A stretch of 64,000 nucleotides of DNA from Octopus vulgaris (taxonomy: Eukaryota), in NCBI GenBank assembly GCA_951406725.2, contig OX597815.1:173414001-173478000 (forward strand). The letters run 5' to 3'. The notes beneath the pieces are model-generated. The model had not been told where the DNA came from and searched no databases. It was given only the letters and a program-made list of their open reading frames with translations. A program made the position numbers and the translations under genes. This document shows, in pieces, positions 12,429 to 25,267 of the stretch (position 1 is its first letter; the number at the start of each line of letters is the position of its first letter).

Positions 12429-13647
12429 CTACAAGGAAAAGTTGATATAGGTTTACCTGTTATAACTTATGTAGTAGCAAAGCCAAAATCTTCACAAAAT
12501 CAACAAGACAAATGAAATAGTTTAAAAATTGCTATCCTAAATCCTCCCATATTTATGATTTAAAATATCCTCATTTTTACCTCAGTATTGAAGGGAATTT
12601 GCAGGTTTGATATTTTAAATTTTATTATTGTTAAAAATCAAACAGTTGTTATACTGAAAAGGCCTGAATGAACCTGCAGTATCATTTCTCTATGATAGTT
12701 CCAGGTGATTCTTTTCTAAATCCTGCTCTGACTAGTAACAAGTCTCTAACTATCTCAATGTTCTTTGGCATATATCTCATTATGGCCACTGTCAATAACT
12801 AAATCACCATAGTTTTGAACCCGTTATATATATTATTATCCATAATTATCAGATAATTAGATATCTGAATAATCACTTGTTCATACAACACTTATCTTAA
12901 GTTAGCAAAAAATTTTCATGCAGTCACTTGACCTACTAGAAGTAACTGCCAAATCTCTTTCATATCACATTCTATGTATGAAATTAACATGTGTCACAAC
13001 TTGAATATCTTTGGTCATAATAAGTCTGTGTGACCAGAGCTGGCCTGTGCATGAGCCACAACAATAATAACAATCACCTTTTTTCAATTTTTTTAAACAA
13101 GAAGCAAATCTTTCACCTTCAGTTTTATATTTAAGACAGATTAACTCACTATAATTCTGGAGATTCGAATCCATTGCAGTTACCCACAAAATATTAAAAT
13201 CTTATTTATACCCTTCAGAAAAACAAACAAGAAAGAAAACAACATTTCTCAATCTTGTGTTATTACTCGACATTATTTCAGGTTTTTTCACATTTTACTT
13301 ATCTAACAGTATTTATGAACAAGCCTAAGTATTTTAGAAGGTTAGGAAGTGATAGAAGAGTTATATAGACGGAACAGTAAAATGGCACTAAAGAATTAGA
13401 ATTTCAGGAACTTCAATAAATTATTATTTATAATGCCGATCATAGATTACAAATGGTTAAACTTATCGGGTATTAGATAATCAGCTAAAATGTCAATAGT
13501 CTAAAGGATGAGAACTGCATAACATTGATGACCAAGCCACTCAACTTTTGAAAGCCTAAATCTGGCTAATTTTTAATAAGTTCTACAAGGTAGGATGAAC
13601 AACTTGTTATTGTAAGTAATGGCACACTGTAAAATTGATACATGATA

Positions 13648-13868
13648 TATGAAAGGGTGCAGAAAAGTTCCTGGCTTTGGATAAAAGAAAACACAAGAGG
13701 ATCAGTTAGTTAAGATTTTATTTAACATATTCTCCTCTCAGATTCACATATTTATTACAGTGGTTCTTCAGTTTTTTTAAGCCTTGTAAAAGAACTCAGA
13801 AGGTTAGGCCTTCAGCCAGGCCTTTTGCAATACCCTTAAAGCCAGCAACTTTTCAGCACACTCTCATA
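13648..13868. mobile_element. Tc1/mariner-type MITE
   Basis: ~30-bp imperfect TIRs: tatgaaagggtgcagaaaagttcctggcttt versus the reverse complement of the right end, tatgagagtgtgctgaaaagttgctggcttt. TA at both ends. Confidence 0.75.
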
Positions 13869-14865
13869 TTAACTTCAAGTGTTTCATTCAATAACTTGTG
13901 TGCATGTAGCCGATTTAACCAACTTTTTTCTCCTAAAAGCTAAGAGACAATTACTATCGGAAGAATTGATTAAGGAAAGAAGAAATGAATAGCAACGTAT
14001 CTATGAAATTAGATAAAAATTTAATTAAAAATTAAATAAGATTCATTGATTATTACCATTCACTCTCTAATTTAATCAGTATGTACTAAAGAAATAAATA
14101 TTAACATGAGCTCTTAAATGCAGAATGCCAAGCTATTTAACAATTTGCAAACTAGTAGTATTTTCATTTTCAAGAGTATGGTTTTATATTCAGTACAGAT
14201 ATTGTGGATAGGTATTAACACTTAGTGGATATTATGTAGGATTTGGTTTGTGGATTGTGTGCATTTCATTACACATTTTATTAGTCTGGTAAAGAAAGCC
14301 TGTGATATGCACAAAAAAGGTTAAAAAAAAAAAAAAAAGAGAAAGAAATGCATAACAGGATATAGGTTTTGACACTAGACATTTACTGTTCTTTTCAAGT
14401 TCAAGAGTTATCTTGCACTGCTTCACACATTGCGCTGAGCAATCAGAACATATTGAATCTGTTTGGGTATTCTTTATGCTCCAGGACAACAGAAAACATC
14501 ATTAGTATTTGTGACAGAGATGAACAAGGTAAACTGACTTAATGCATGATATAATTACTTCTTTGTGATTCATCTGAAGAAGTTGTTAGATACATAGGTA
14601 TTCAGTCATAAGGATAAGATCATATGTCAGGTACCTGCTTTTTTATGAATCCCCTATCTTTATAACAATCTTACGACACTAATATCACCATTGTGACAAA
14701 CAGAAACTGTTCTTTTGCGGTTCAGCATTTGAACAGCACATCATTAAGTTTATCTTATATGCTTCAAGTGTGCATAACATGCACAGATGTATATACTTTG
14801 TTTATAAATATGTGCATATGTATTATAGATATCTATAGCTTTTATCATTATGTATTTGTTACTAC

Positions 14866-15040
14866 CTTTGGCAGTTAGCCAGATGGTAGCAAGCAATACT
14901 AATTGCATTATCATATCTAATCTAATAACTTGCTCTTGCAATCTTTGAGAAGTACCAGATGAGATGAAATCTCCAGATTTTGAATCCAAAAGCTGCTCAG
15001 AAAGAATATAATCTGAATTTAATGAGGCCTTCTGTAATAG
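14866..15040 (-). CDS. Candidate alternative (mutually exclusive or terminal) dystrophin exon, 175 nt
   Basis: ttttacctag|CTA acceptor and AAAG|gtagta donor. Phase 0 to 1, the same as exon 12212-12428. Open frame LLQKASLNSDYILSEQLLDSKSGDFISSGTSQRLQEQVIRLDMIMQLVLLATIWLTAK, with weak similarity to that exon. Confidence 0.5.
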
Positions 15041-15653
15041 CTAGGTAAAATAAGATAAAATGACTGACTTCTGATTATGAAATTATCTAATGCCAAGCAG
15101 CCTTTACATATTATAATGAAATTTAGAAACAAAACAATGATTTCCTCTGCTTAGAATAAAAACATATTTGTAAAAGAGAGTTAGCTCATTTAAATCAATT
15201 TAAGTATTTTGCCAGTACATTTTTATCATCTTCAAACAGATTAATGTGGGTGATGCTTTTCTGAGGGTCAAAATGATGCTTAACCAAAGACTAAGTTTAA
15301 ACTTAAAACACATGACTTTCATAATCTGATTCCACTTTTTTCCATGCTTGCATGGGTCACATGGAATTTGTTAAGGCAAATTTTCTAGGATACCCTTCCT
15401 GTCACCCACCCTCATGCTTCGAAGCTAGGTAATATCTCACCATGGTCAGACATGTTTTACATGGAAGAATGGAAACAAACATCCTTGCTTGTATGATGAT
15501 GATGATCATTTACAACCATCATGTCATGTCTAGAGAAGAGTACACACACACATACATACATGATAGGTTTCTTTCAGTTTCTCTCTTTGGTTATTGAAAT
15601 TATTTTCTAAACTTAATGTTTATCTTTAGTTAAAAATGAAAAATGAAACTAAC

Positions 15654-15845
15654 CTGTGGATCTATAACAACTGAATCTTGTTCTTCAGAGACAGTATTTG
15701 AGTTAGTAGGATTTTGTTGGGCCTCTAAAACCTTTTTGGTTCCAGTAATCCACGTTTGTAACTCCTCAAGATCTTTCAGGAAGACTTGTAAAGTATTGAG
15801 CTTCACATCTAAAAATTTCACACGTTCTGGAATTGCAACTATCAA
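15654..15845 (-). CDS. DMD: Dystrophin coding exon, equivalent to human exon 48, 192 nt
   Basis: tttttag|TTG acceptor and CAG|gttagt donor (phase 0 to 0). Encodes LIVAIPERVKFLDVKLNTLQVFLKDLEELQTWITGTKKVLEAQQNPTNSNTVSEEQDSVVIDPQ, with a spectrin helix-A Trp. Confidence 0.9.
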
Positions 15846-16138
15846 CTAAAAATAGAACCAATCAAAACAAAACAATGAAATTTAGATTTCTGGAAAGTAT
15901 TAAAAATTCAATCTAATTACACACAAGAGAAAAAATAATCTAAAACAGTATTTGAGTTTATTTAAGCTCATATTTATTAAAAACTTATAATCACATAATG
16001 AAGGATACAAATGCACTCAATAGAATTAGGTGAGAGGAGATTTCATCATTATAGATGATGAATACAATGGGAAGATGTAGGCAACTGTGATTTGATATAA
16101 GAATAACTTGAAATAAGAAGCAAGTGAAGCAACCTCAC

Positions 16139-16288
16139 CTTTTTCCATCGTGTATTGAGATTTTCAAGATCTTTACTCATGTTCTCTTTATCCTGGTTAG
16201 ATAAAGAGTCTTGCTTCATCATATGTTGTGCATTGCGGTTAAGTGCCTTCAGTTGTTGCTGATGTGTTGGTAAATCATCTTCCATTTC
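16139..16288 (-). CDS. DMD: Dystrophin coding exon, equivalent to human exon 47, 150 nt
   Basis: ctttag|GAA acceptor and AAG|gtgagg donor (phase 0 to 0). Encodes EMEDDLPTHQQQLKALNRNAQHMMKQDSLSNQDKENMSKDLENLNTRWKK, same length as human exon 47. Confidence 0.92.
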
Positions 16289-16379
16289 CTAAAGGTAAGA
16301 AGAAAGAAACAAATAGAGAGAAATTCATCCTAATCACCACCACCATTACCATCACCATAAAAATCACTGTTACTTCCAT

Positions 16380-18560
16380 TTTATGTCTCTTTGACTATGC
16401 TTATATGGGCTTGTTGAATCTTTTCCAGTACGACCACAAATCAGTCTTTGTGTCTCCTACAATGTAAGATTTATCTCCTGAGATTAGCCTCCACTATTTC
16501 CATATCTTCTTTAGAATTCTAATGCAGGTTCCTTCTACTTGGATCACTTGGCTCTTGTTTCACCTAACTGTTTTCTTCCATATGCATTACATCTATATCC
16601 ACTCAGTCATTCTTCTTGCCCACTGCATCTGACTCAAATTATATCTGGCTTTTTACTTCTTAGCTTATTTGCATTTTGTTATTCATGAACAATAACAATA
16701 CATATCCAACAGAGCAAACTCACATCATTTCTTTTAAGCTTTTGTACATCTCTGGCATTCAATGCCTGTTTCACAACTATCCAATGTGCAGCATCACTTC
16801 ATATGCAAGTATCATATAATCTGCCATTCATTTGGAGATGGAATCATTTTGTTGACTTCACTGTTACCACTTAGATAACAAAACATACTAACTACTTACA
16901 GGGAACCCTTAAAGCATTTGAAAGAATATATTTTATAGGTGCTTTTAACTCCTAACTACTTCTATACGTATTGTACTAGGTTTTTCTCTGTCAATCTATC
17001 TGTGACCCTCCTGCACCCTTTAAGCACCTTAATTTATACTAGGTACAACATATGGAATTTCTACCTGCTCATTTCCTGTTTATCATATATGGCCACTTTC
17101 CAGATGGTAGCAGAGTCATGTTTTCTTTCCTACTAACTAAAACTTTTAACATTACTTTTTACCCTTGTAGCAGTTGATGCTGACACTGCTATACCAATCA
17201 CTAGAATTAGCCTTTCCAGTTCCATTTGATTGACTGTGCAACTAACTAGCATTTTTCTTGTTTGTTGGCCATAACATCTTTGTGACTATCACTGATAGTC
17301 CAGCTGCTTTTCCTGCCTTCACATACATATGTTTAACCAAATAGCTGTCAATTTCAACAGCTTGTCCCTCTGTTTGGTTTATTCAGGGTAGTCCTCTCTC
17401 CCCTACAACTTCTCATTCAACAACATCTTGAAATAGCATTTCCATACCTTCTGGGCATTATTAAGAACAATTAGAGCAATGAGCTGGCAGAATCATTAGG
17501 ACGCCGGGCGAAATGCTTAGCAGTATTTTGTCTACCCTTATGTTCTGAGTTCAAGTTCCATCAAGGTCGACTCTGCCTTTTATCCATTCGGAGTTGATTA
17601 AATAAGTACCAGTTATACACTAGGGTCGATGTAATCGACTTAATCTCTTTGTCTGTCCTTGTTTGTCCCCTCTATGTTTAGCCCCATGTAGGCAATAAAG
17701 AAATAATTATTAAGAACAATTATGCCACTACCATTACATACACATGAACAATGTCCTGATTCATAATGACACACTTCTTCACAATGTGGAAGACCTGATG
17801 CTTGTGATCTTCACATCACAGAACATTGGCAAACTTTTTACTTTCTACTTTTCTCCTTGTTATGAATACCTGATGGCTAACTACCTGATACTGTTCCTTG
17901 AACTTTCCTTTCATTTATTTTGGGCCTGTCTCTTAGTTTTTATGTCTGCATGCACTGTACTTATTCTAACATTATCTACATGATGCACAGGCCTTCTATT
18001 TGACTGGAACCTGATTTCATCTATAGATCTCATTTGTGACTCACAGTAACTTGTCTCATATAAGCTCCCAGCAGTTTTTTATGGCTTAGGTTTCTATTTC
18101 TTTCTCCTTCTTCACATATCCATTACTTGGTGCTTCTCTAAACTTAAGTCTGGCTTAGGAATCTTTCAGATTCCATACATTCTTCTCCAGATTATCTTGT
18201 CTGTAGAGCCATCTGACTCTTGCTTTGGTGTCATAATCACAAGTCTATACTGAATAGTACATTCTTTATCAAGGAAAGAATTAATATTCACAACCACCTG
18301 CCAATCTTGTCTCCTAGTGGGTATGAAGCCTAACTTCCATGTTCACCAGAAGGATAGCTGACTAGATGGTTGGTTATTTTCCTGATGTTAGTATAGCAAA
18401 TTGTTATGCAAAACTCTGATGTGAAGTTTAAGGCATAGTTAAGAGATTGCTTTGGATTGTTTGATGTTTAAATGATTATCTGATGAATGGCACATTGATT
18501 TGTTCATGATTGAAAAAATGTTGTATATCCAACAAATGCAATAAGAAGTTCCTAACATTT
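16380..18560 (-). mobile_element. Old, highly decayed RTE-like LINE
   Basis: Patchy similarity to the reverse complement of the other RTE copies, with many stops. Boundaries approximate. Confidence 0.5.
17474..17705 (+). mobile_element. tRNA-derived SINE (family 1) with 17-bp TSD
   Basis: gagctggcagaat...gagttcaagttcc...caataaagaaata. TSD attattaagaacaatta at 17457-17473 and 17706-17722. Confidence 0.9.
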
Positions 18561-19242
18561 ACATTAGACTGGTACAAAATCAATATCATTGTGTTATGTC
18601 AACTTGATCTTGATGATACATACCATTTGTGAACAAAACTTTATGCAGCAATAGTTGTAGATATTGTCCTTCATAGAAAAGGAGTAATCTCTACAGACTA
18701 CAATAAGTTTCTGGTGAACTGAGACTATAATGTGGTTCCAATATTTAGTTCTTTTAAATATATATCTCATTTGTGCCATGAGAAAACAATCAATATTATT
18801 TTAAGAATTAGACAAAAAAAACTTAATAAATTTCTAATTTGATAATTTGTTATAGTTCATGTTTTATGAAATAAACTAAGACATCAGATGTGATATTATA
18901 TACAAATATAATAATTCATATTATGAATTCATAATATAAATAATCAATACTTGACAAAAACTGAAAAAGCTGACTAGAATTACGAAACAAAATTAGTAAT
19001 ATAGTTTTGTAGAAAGTAATGTGATGAAGTGAGAGAAGTATTTAAGACAAAATAAAATCACCCACACAGAAGCCTTTTAGTGAGCAACATAATGTTTTTG
19101 ATGCAACCAGGAGAAATAAATTAAAAATCAATCCTGCAGATCAGAGAATAATGTTAGTCTTATTTAATCAATCTTGAACAAATAAGTTTTACAGTGTAAC
19201 ACAATATTTAAAAATATAGATACAAAAATTTAGAATATTTAC

Positions 19243-19387
19243 TTTGAATTTGTCATAGGTTTCCTCTAAATTTTCTTCACCTTGAATTAATGGAATGCTC
19301 AAAAGGTTTTCTGCTTCATCAATCCATAAAAATAATTCATCCATGTCATCAGTGAACTCACTAGTTTTAATACTCTCATTATCATAC
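19243..19387 (-). CDS. DMD: Dystrophin coding exon, equivalent to human exon 46, 145 nt
   Basis: gcacag|G acceptor after a poly-T tract and AAA|gtaaat donor (phase 2 to 0). Encodes YDNESIKTSEFTDDMDELFLWIDEAENLLSIPLIQGEENLEETYDKFK, versus human SEFQRDLNEFVLWLEEADNIASIPLEPG. Confidence 0.93.
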
Positions 19388-19605
19388 CTGTGCAGAAGCA
19401 GAAAAAAAAAAACTGAAGTAACTGAAAGGATCAGACATGCAATAACATGAAACAATAATGCAGAGGCCATAAGTACCATGACGATGCAAAAAGAAAAAAG
19501 AAAAAAGCAGACAAGAATATTTCCATGCAATTGTTTGATCAGTTAGAAGTAGCAGCTAAATTTCCTTAAAATAACACAATATCCATCTTAATAAAGGTAA
19601 TATAC

Positions 19606-20470
19606 ATCATCACCATCATTGTTGTTTAATGTCCATCTTCCATGCTGGCATGGGTTGGACGGTTTGATTAAGGTCTGGAAAGCCAGTGGCTGCACCAGGC
19701 TCCAATCTGATCTGGCAACGTTTCTACAGCTGAATGTCCCTCCTAATGCCAACCACTCTGAGAGTGTAGTGGGTGCTTTTTATGCCACTGGCATAGGAGC
19801 CAGTCAGGCGGTCCTGGCATTGATCACATTTGGATAGTGTTTTTTATGTGCTACCAGAACAGAAGCCAGTCAGGGGGCACTGGCCACTGGCCACAGCTAT
19901 GACTTTGGTTTTACTTGACTCAACAGGTCTTCTCAAGCATATCATATTGCCCGACGCATCAAGGGTACTTTTAAATGGACCGGACATGCAACACTGGCAT
20001 CAGCCATGGCTGCAATCTCACTTTAGTTGCTAGGTCTTCTCAATCACAGCATATCTCCAAAGGTCTCGGTCTCCTGTCATTGCCTCTGTGAGGCCCAACG
20101 TTCAAAGGTCATGCTTCACCATCTCATCCCATGTCTTCCTGGGTCTACCGCTTCCACAGCTAGAGAGTGGCACTTCCTCACACAGCTGTCCTCACCCATA
20201 TGTAACACATAACCATACCAGCGCAGTCGTCTCTCTTGCACAACAAACAGCTGATGCTTCTTATGTTCAACTTTTCTCTTAGGGCGCTCAAACTCTGTCA
20301 TGTATGACATTACACATCCAGTGGATCATACTAGTTCATTTCTTTCAAGCCTATGCATGTCCTCAGCAGTCATGGTCCATGTTTCACTCCCATGTAGCAT
20401 GGCAGTTCGCACACATGCATCATGCAGTCAACCTTTAATCCTGAGTAAGAGGCCCTTAGTTGTCAGCAGA
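19606..20470 (-). mobile_element. RTE LINE 3' portion with (GAT)n tail
   Basis: Coding remnant QERRLRWYGYVLHMGEDSCVRKCHSLAVE, joined to the 3' UTR shared with 9224 and 44358. Confidence 0.8.
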
Positions 20471-22109
20471 GGTAATAATGTAATTTAGATACGTTGAAGA
20501 AGAGAGGTTACATTTGGAATGTTTGTGATGATAGGTCTGCTCAATCAACAACAGCCTGATAAAACTATTAATACAAAAATTCTAATGAACTGTTACCCAA
20601 AGGACTATTTTTCAATTCAGAAGATGAAAGAGCTTTGTTGTGCTAAGATTAATGGGAAATACTTCAACAACTCAGCTACCTAATTTACAACTGAAGAACT
20701 AAAGATAAAATTACAGATATGGCACCTTAGGCGTCTTCTACTGTAGTCTTGGGTTGACTAAAGCCTTGTCAGTGGATTCGGTAGACAGAAACTGAGAAAA
20801 GTCTATTGCATATGATTGTGCTGTTCCCCACTTGATAACTGGTGTGTTTATGTCCCCATAGCTTAGTGGTCTGGTAACAGAGAGAATGCTTCTTGGAATT
20901 TGTCCCAGATCTCTGAGCTCCAAGCTGAAATTCCACTTAGGTTAATTTTGCCTTTCATTCCTTCAGGGTTAGTGCAAATAACTGTCTAGGTTGGTGGATT
21001 GGCAGAAAATTATATATGCTTGAGACACCTTAATCCTACCTCCTGTCACCAGAAAAACAAGTCCTTAAATCAAATGCCCAAGTATTTTAGCTGATTACTC
21101 TCCATGCTATCCATACAAGTTCTCTCATGCCTGCTGAAGAAAATGAAAAGGGACTTGAAGCCCTATTCTATCAAGAACAATATATATATGTGTGTGTGTA
21201 TATATATCTACACACACATATATATACATTTGTATACACACACACATATATATCTATCTACTATATATTTCTGAAAAGGGTGGACGTTGTATCACAAGCA
21301 GTTGTGCAGGCCAAAGTGATAGTAAATGTGGTTGGACTGACCTGAAATTTTGCACAAGTATGTTAAAAGTGCTAGGGAGTTTGCATGGCAACTTTGAGTT
21401 TGCTCAATTGAAAGACATGGCCTCTAGGGCAAAGTTCCTCATCTTTAAAATGTGGCCTGAGTAGACCCAAATGAAATTGGGTTATAATACTAGTATACAT
21501 ATATAAACACACACACACACATATGGTGGTTGTCTACTTCTTATGCAAAGTTTGACCATATCCTGTACCTACACCTTAGAACCATCATGGCATCTGATGT
21601 AGCTTTTTAAACCAGACAATGTTCTAAAAAGACACCCACATAGATTGTACATCCAATTTGGATCACCAAGAGCTGCAGATACATTCTGATCTTAATGGAT
21701 CTTAAAATGTCTTTTGAGGATTCCGTTAGATTTGCAAATCTTCTGGCATACACTGCATTCAAAGGTGTGCACAGAAATATAGGCAGAATAGTTGGTGGAG
21801 GTTTGTTTTCCATGGGTTCCTAACTTGGGCTTCTTTCCTTTTTATCTGCCACACAGAGTGCATATATATATATATATATATGCGTGTGTGTATATATATA
21901 TGTGTATGTATACATAAATATATATGCGTACCAAATTGAGATAGGGGTTGTAAATGCAACCCTCCATGGGATAACATATATCCAATATACTGCTAGTGAA
22001 GTACCCAACAAAGTTAATACATAAATGTTAAGGATTGCAATGCAATCAATTCATTTACTGTATTATATGGGCAAAGGTAAAATGATTTACCACAAATTAC
22101 TAATACAAG

Positions 22110-22733
<624 letters not shown>

Positions 22734-23131
22734 CTGTATATACATACACACATATATATAAAATACAGTTCTATATTTAAGAGCTGAAGAAGACATGTAT
22801 ATATGCATATATGGCTATAGAATGTCATGAACAGTGAGCAACATGAAATACGAAAACAAATGAATTGAATATGCAACATAAAGCATGACCCTTCATAAAA
22901 TTTGGGATTTATGGAAGGTCAAAGCTGGGAACAAAACCAGCACAGTGGAGATATACAAGGAACCTGAACAAAAACAAACATGTACAGTTGTTAGACTGGA
23001 AAGAGGGTAAACTAGCAAACAGAGAAATATTTCCTTTGAAAAGAGAAAAGATAGAAGAGAGAGATTGATAGGATATGCCCTGCCTTTAAGACAGCCCTGA
23101 AAGAAAAGAAAGATGATCATATGTGTATGTG

Positions 23132-23164
<33 letters not shown>

Positions 23165-23168
<4 letters not shown>

Positions 23169-23355
23169 AGAGTTTATGAAAAAAACAAAAGACGAAGACA
23201 GGTGGTGTATAAAACAAACAGATGTATTAGTATAACGCTCAGGAAATTGAAAAAGTCTTTTATGTTTCGAGCCTACGCTCTTCTATAGAATGGAACACAG
23301 AAAAAAACAAGGAAAGAAAGAAAATGCGTGTAGTGGCTCTACCGATCTATCATGT
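23165..23355 (-). mobile_element. Penelope-like element terminal fragment with a degenerate hammerhead-like motif
   Basis: Minus strand reads ctatagaa-gagc-gtag-gctc-gaaac...gcgtta. Embedded in (TA)n tracts. Confidence 0.45.
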
Positions 23356-25091
23356 GTGTGTGTCTATATATATACGTGTATGTGTATATTTTTATATATA
23401 TACATATATATATATACATGTATATATATGTATGTATATATATATATATACACATGTAAATATATATACACACACATATATATATGTATGTATGTATACA
23501 CACACTTTTGCTACTTTTAAATAATGTGGGTATATATATATATGCATGTGTGTGCGTGTGTATACATTAAACACTCCTTCATCTCAGCCTTCTGACATAC
23601 CACTGACTACCTCTACTTCTATTTACAATCAAGTATCTCCACCACTATATCCATCAAACTCTAAATGAACAACCCCACTTGTATGACAATGATGCTCATT
23701 TACAACCATCATGTGATATCTAGATAAAGGTGCACATGTACATACATGATGAGCTTCTTTCAATTTCTATCTACCATATTCACTCGTAAGGGTTTGGTCA
23801 ACCCAGGCCTATAGTAAAAGACACTTGCCCAAGGTGCCACATAGTAGGACTGAACCCAAGACCACATAGTTGAGAAGCAAATTTCTCAATCACACTTACA
23901 AATCATATATATATATAATTTGCCCATTTAAGGTAAAAACTGAAAAGCTTTAAAAGCCCAAAACAATTTAAATACCTAATAAAATATATTACATTCATCT
24001 TTGAGTTAACAGTAACCTTTAAAAAAACCTCAGAAACACAAATTTTGCTCACTAAACTTTTACCCTAATGATTCAGAGGTCAACATTGTATTCTGTAGAA
24101 GGGTAAAAATGGAATTCTTAGTTATTAACCATGAAATAAATTTTGACAAAAGAACACTTTTGTCAATTATGACTTCATATTCATTTCAATGTAGGAGATG
24201 AATGTAAATTTCTAAAGAGGGAATTTTAAGCCCTACCTTATTCCCCTAATTACATTCCAAGTTTTGGAAGAGGGGGAGACATAAATAGCAAACTTCAATT
24301 ACTAGAACATTGTTGTGAACAACAGCCCTTAATCTCTGCTGATGCATAGCTGATAATCAAACAAAGTATTTTGTAAACTAAGCATTTGACCATTTGACAC
24401 CATCTGTTAACAATAAACATTCAAATAGATGTATTGAAATACAATAAGAGCATTAAGAACAGTTGAATGGGGTCAAATCCAAGCAACTAGAAATAGGGTA
24501 CCAGAAGTGTAGAAACTAAAATATACAACAGGCTTTTTTAATTACTGGGGCTGGCACTAGTTAATATTGCTTAGTGAGGTGAATCAATTTCTTTCACAAA
24601 AAATGTACAATATTATTTATAGATGATGTGAATTTTTCAAGATTTAACAATATATTAAAAAATATTTGTAAAAAAATGTGTGTAGATGAATGCATTGAAT
24701 TCAAGGCCTGTAAAATACAACAGAGTTCTGTGAAATAATATTCTAATTAAAAGCAGATTACTTCCATTTAACATATCATCACTAACTGACTGACTATTTC
24801 AAAATAAATCACTATCTAAATTATTGCTTGTCAAATATCCATGTCTTGCATATTACAACATATACATATGTAACATAAAATACTAACTTGTTTATTTAAT
24901 TCAAATAGGATTAGCATTATAAATAAATACAGATTTTCTTGTAACAGCATGTAGTCTATATTTTAATTGAATAGTAGTACCTCAATGGAGGAACATTTCT
25001 GAGTCAAAAAAGAAAAGAACATAAAAAACATTTTTGAGCATCTAAATTGCAGAATGGTGTTCTGACACCTTTCAGCATGTCTGTCGCTTAC

Positions 25092-25267
25092 TTGTCAGGT
25101 CTTTCTAAAACATCTTTACACAAGCATTTCCATCGGTGATTAAGAGCATCCAGCTTTTCTCTCAACAGATGAGAATCAGGAGCGGCTGACTGACGAATTA
25201 TTTCATTGCCTGCTGCATTCATGCTATTTACAGTTCCTTGATGAGATCGGATTCCATTCTCTAATTC
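25092..25267 (-). CDS. DMD: Dystrophin coding exon, equivalent to human exon 45, 176 nt
   Basis: ttgtag|GAA acceptor and AA|gtaagc donor (phase 0 to 2). Encodes ELENGIRSHQGTVNSMNAAGNEIIRQSAAPDSHLLREKLDALNHRWKCLCKDVLERPD(K), versus human ELQDGIGQRQTVVRTLNATGEEIIQQS...EKLGSLNLRWQEVCK, same length. Confidence 0.95.

Noticed and set aside
19388-19530. Hydrophobic in-frame N-terminal extension of the exon-46 equivalent, resembling a signal or TM segment, with two UGCAUG motifs
   Set aside because: Explained by the T-rich polypyrimidine tract. The ORF starts at TTG and a canonical acceptor at 19388 gives the correct phase.
22893-23120. Two strong-looking acceptors (ctttcag, tgttcag) in intron 45/46-equivalent
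   Set aside because: In the required phase both reach stop codons, and no good donor follows.
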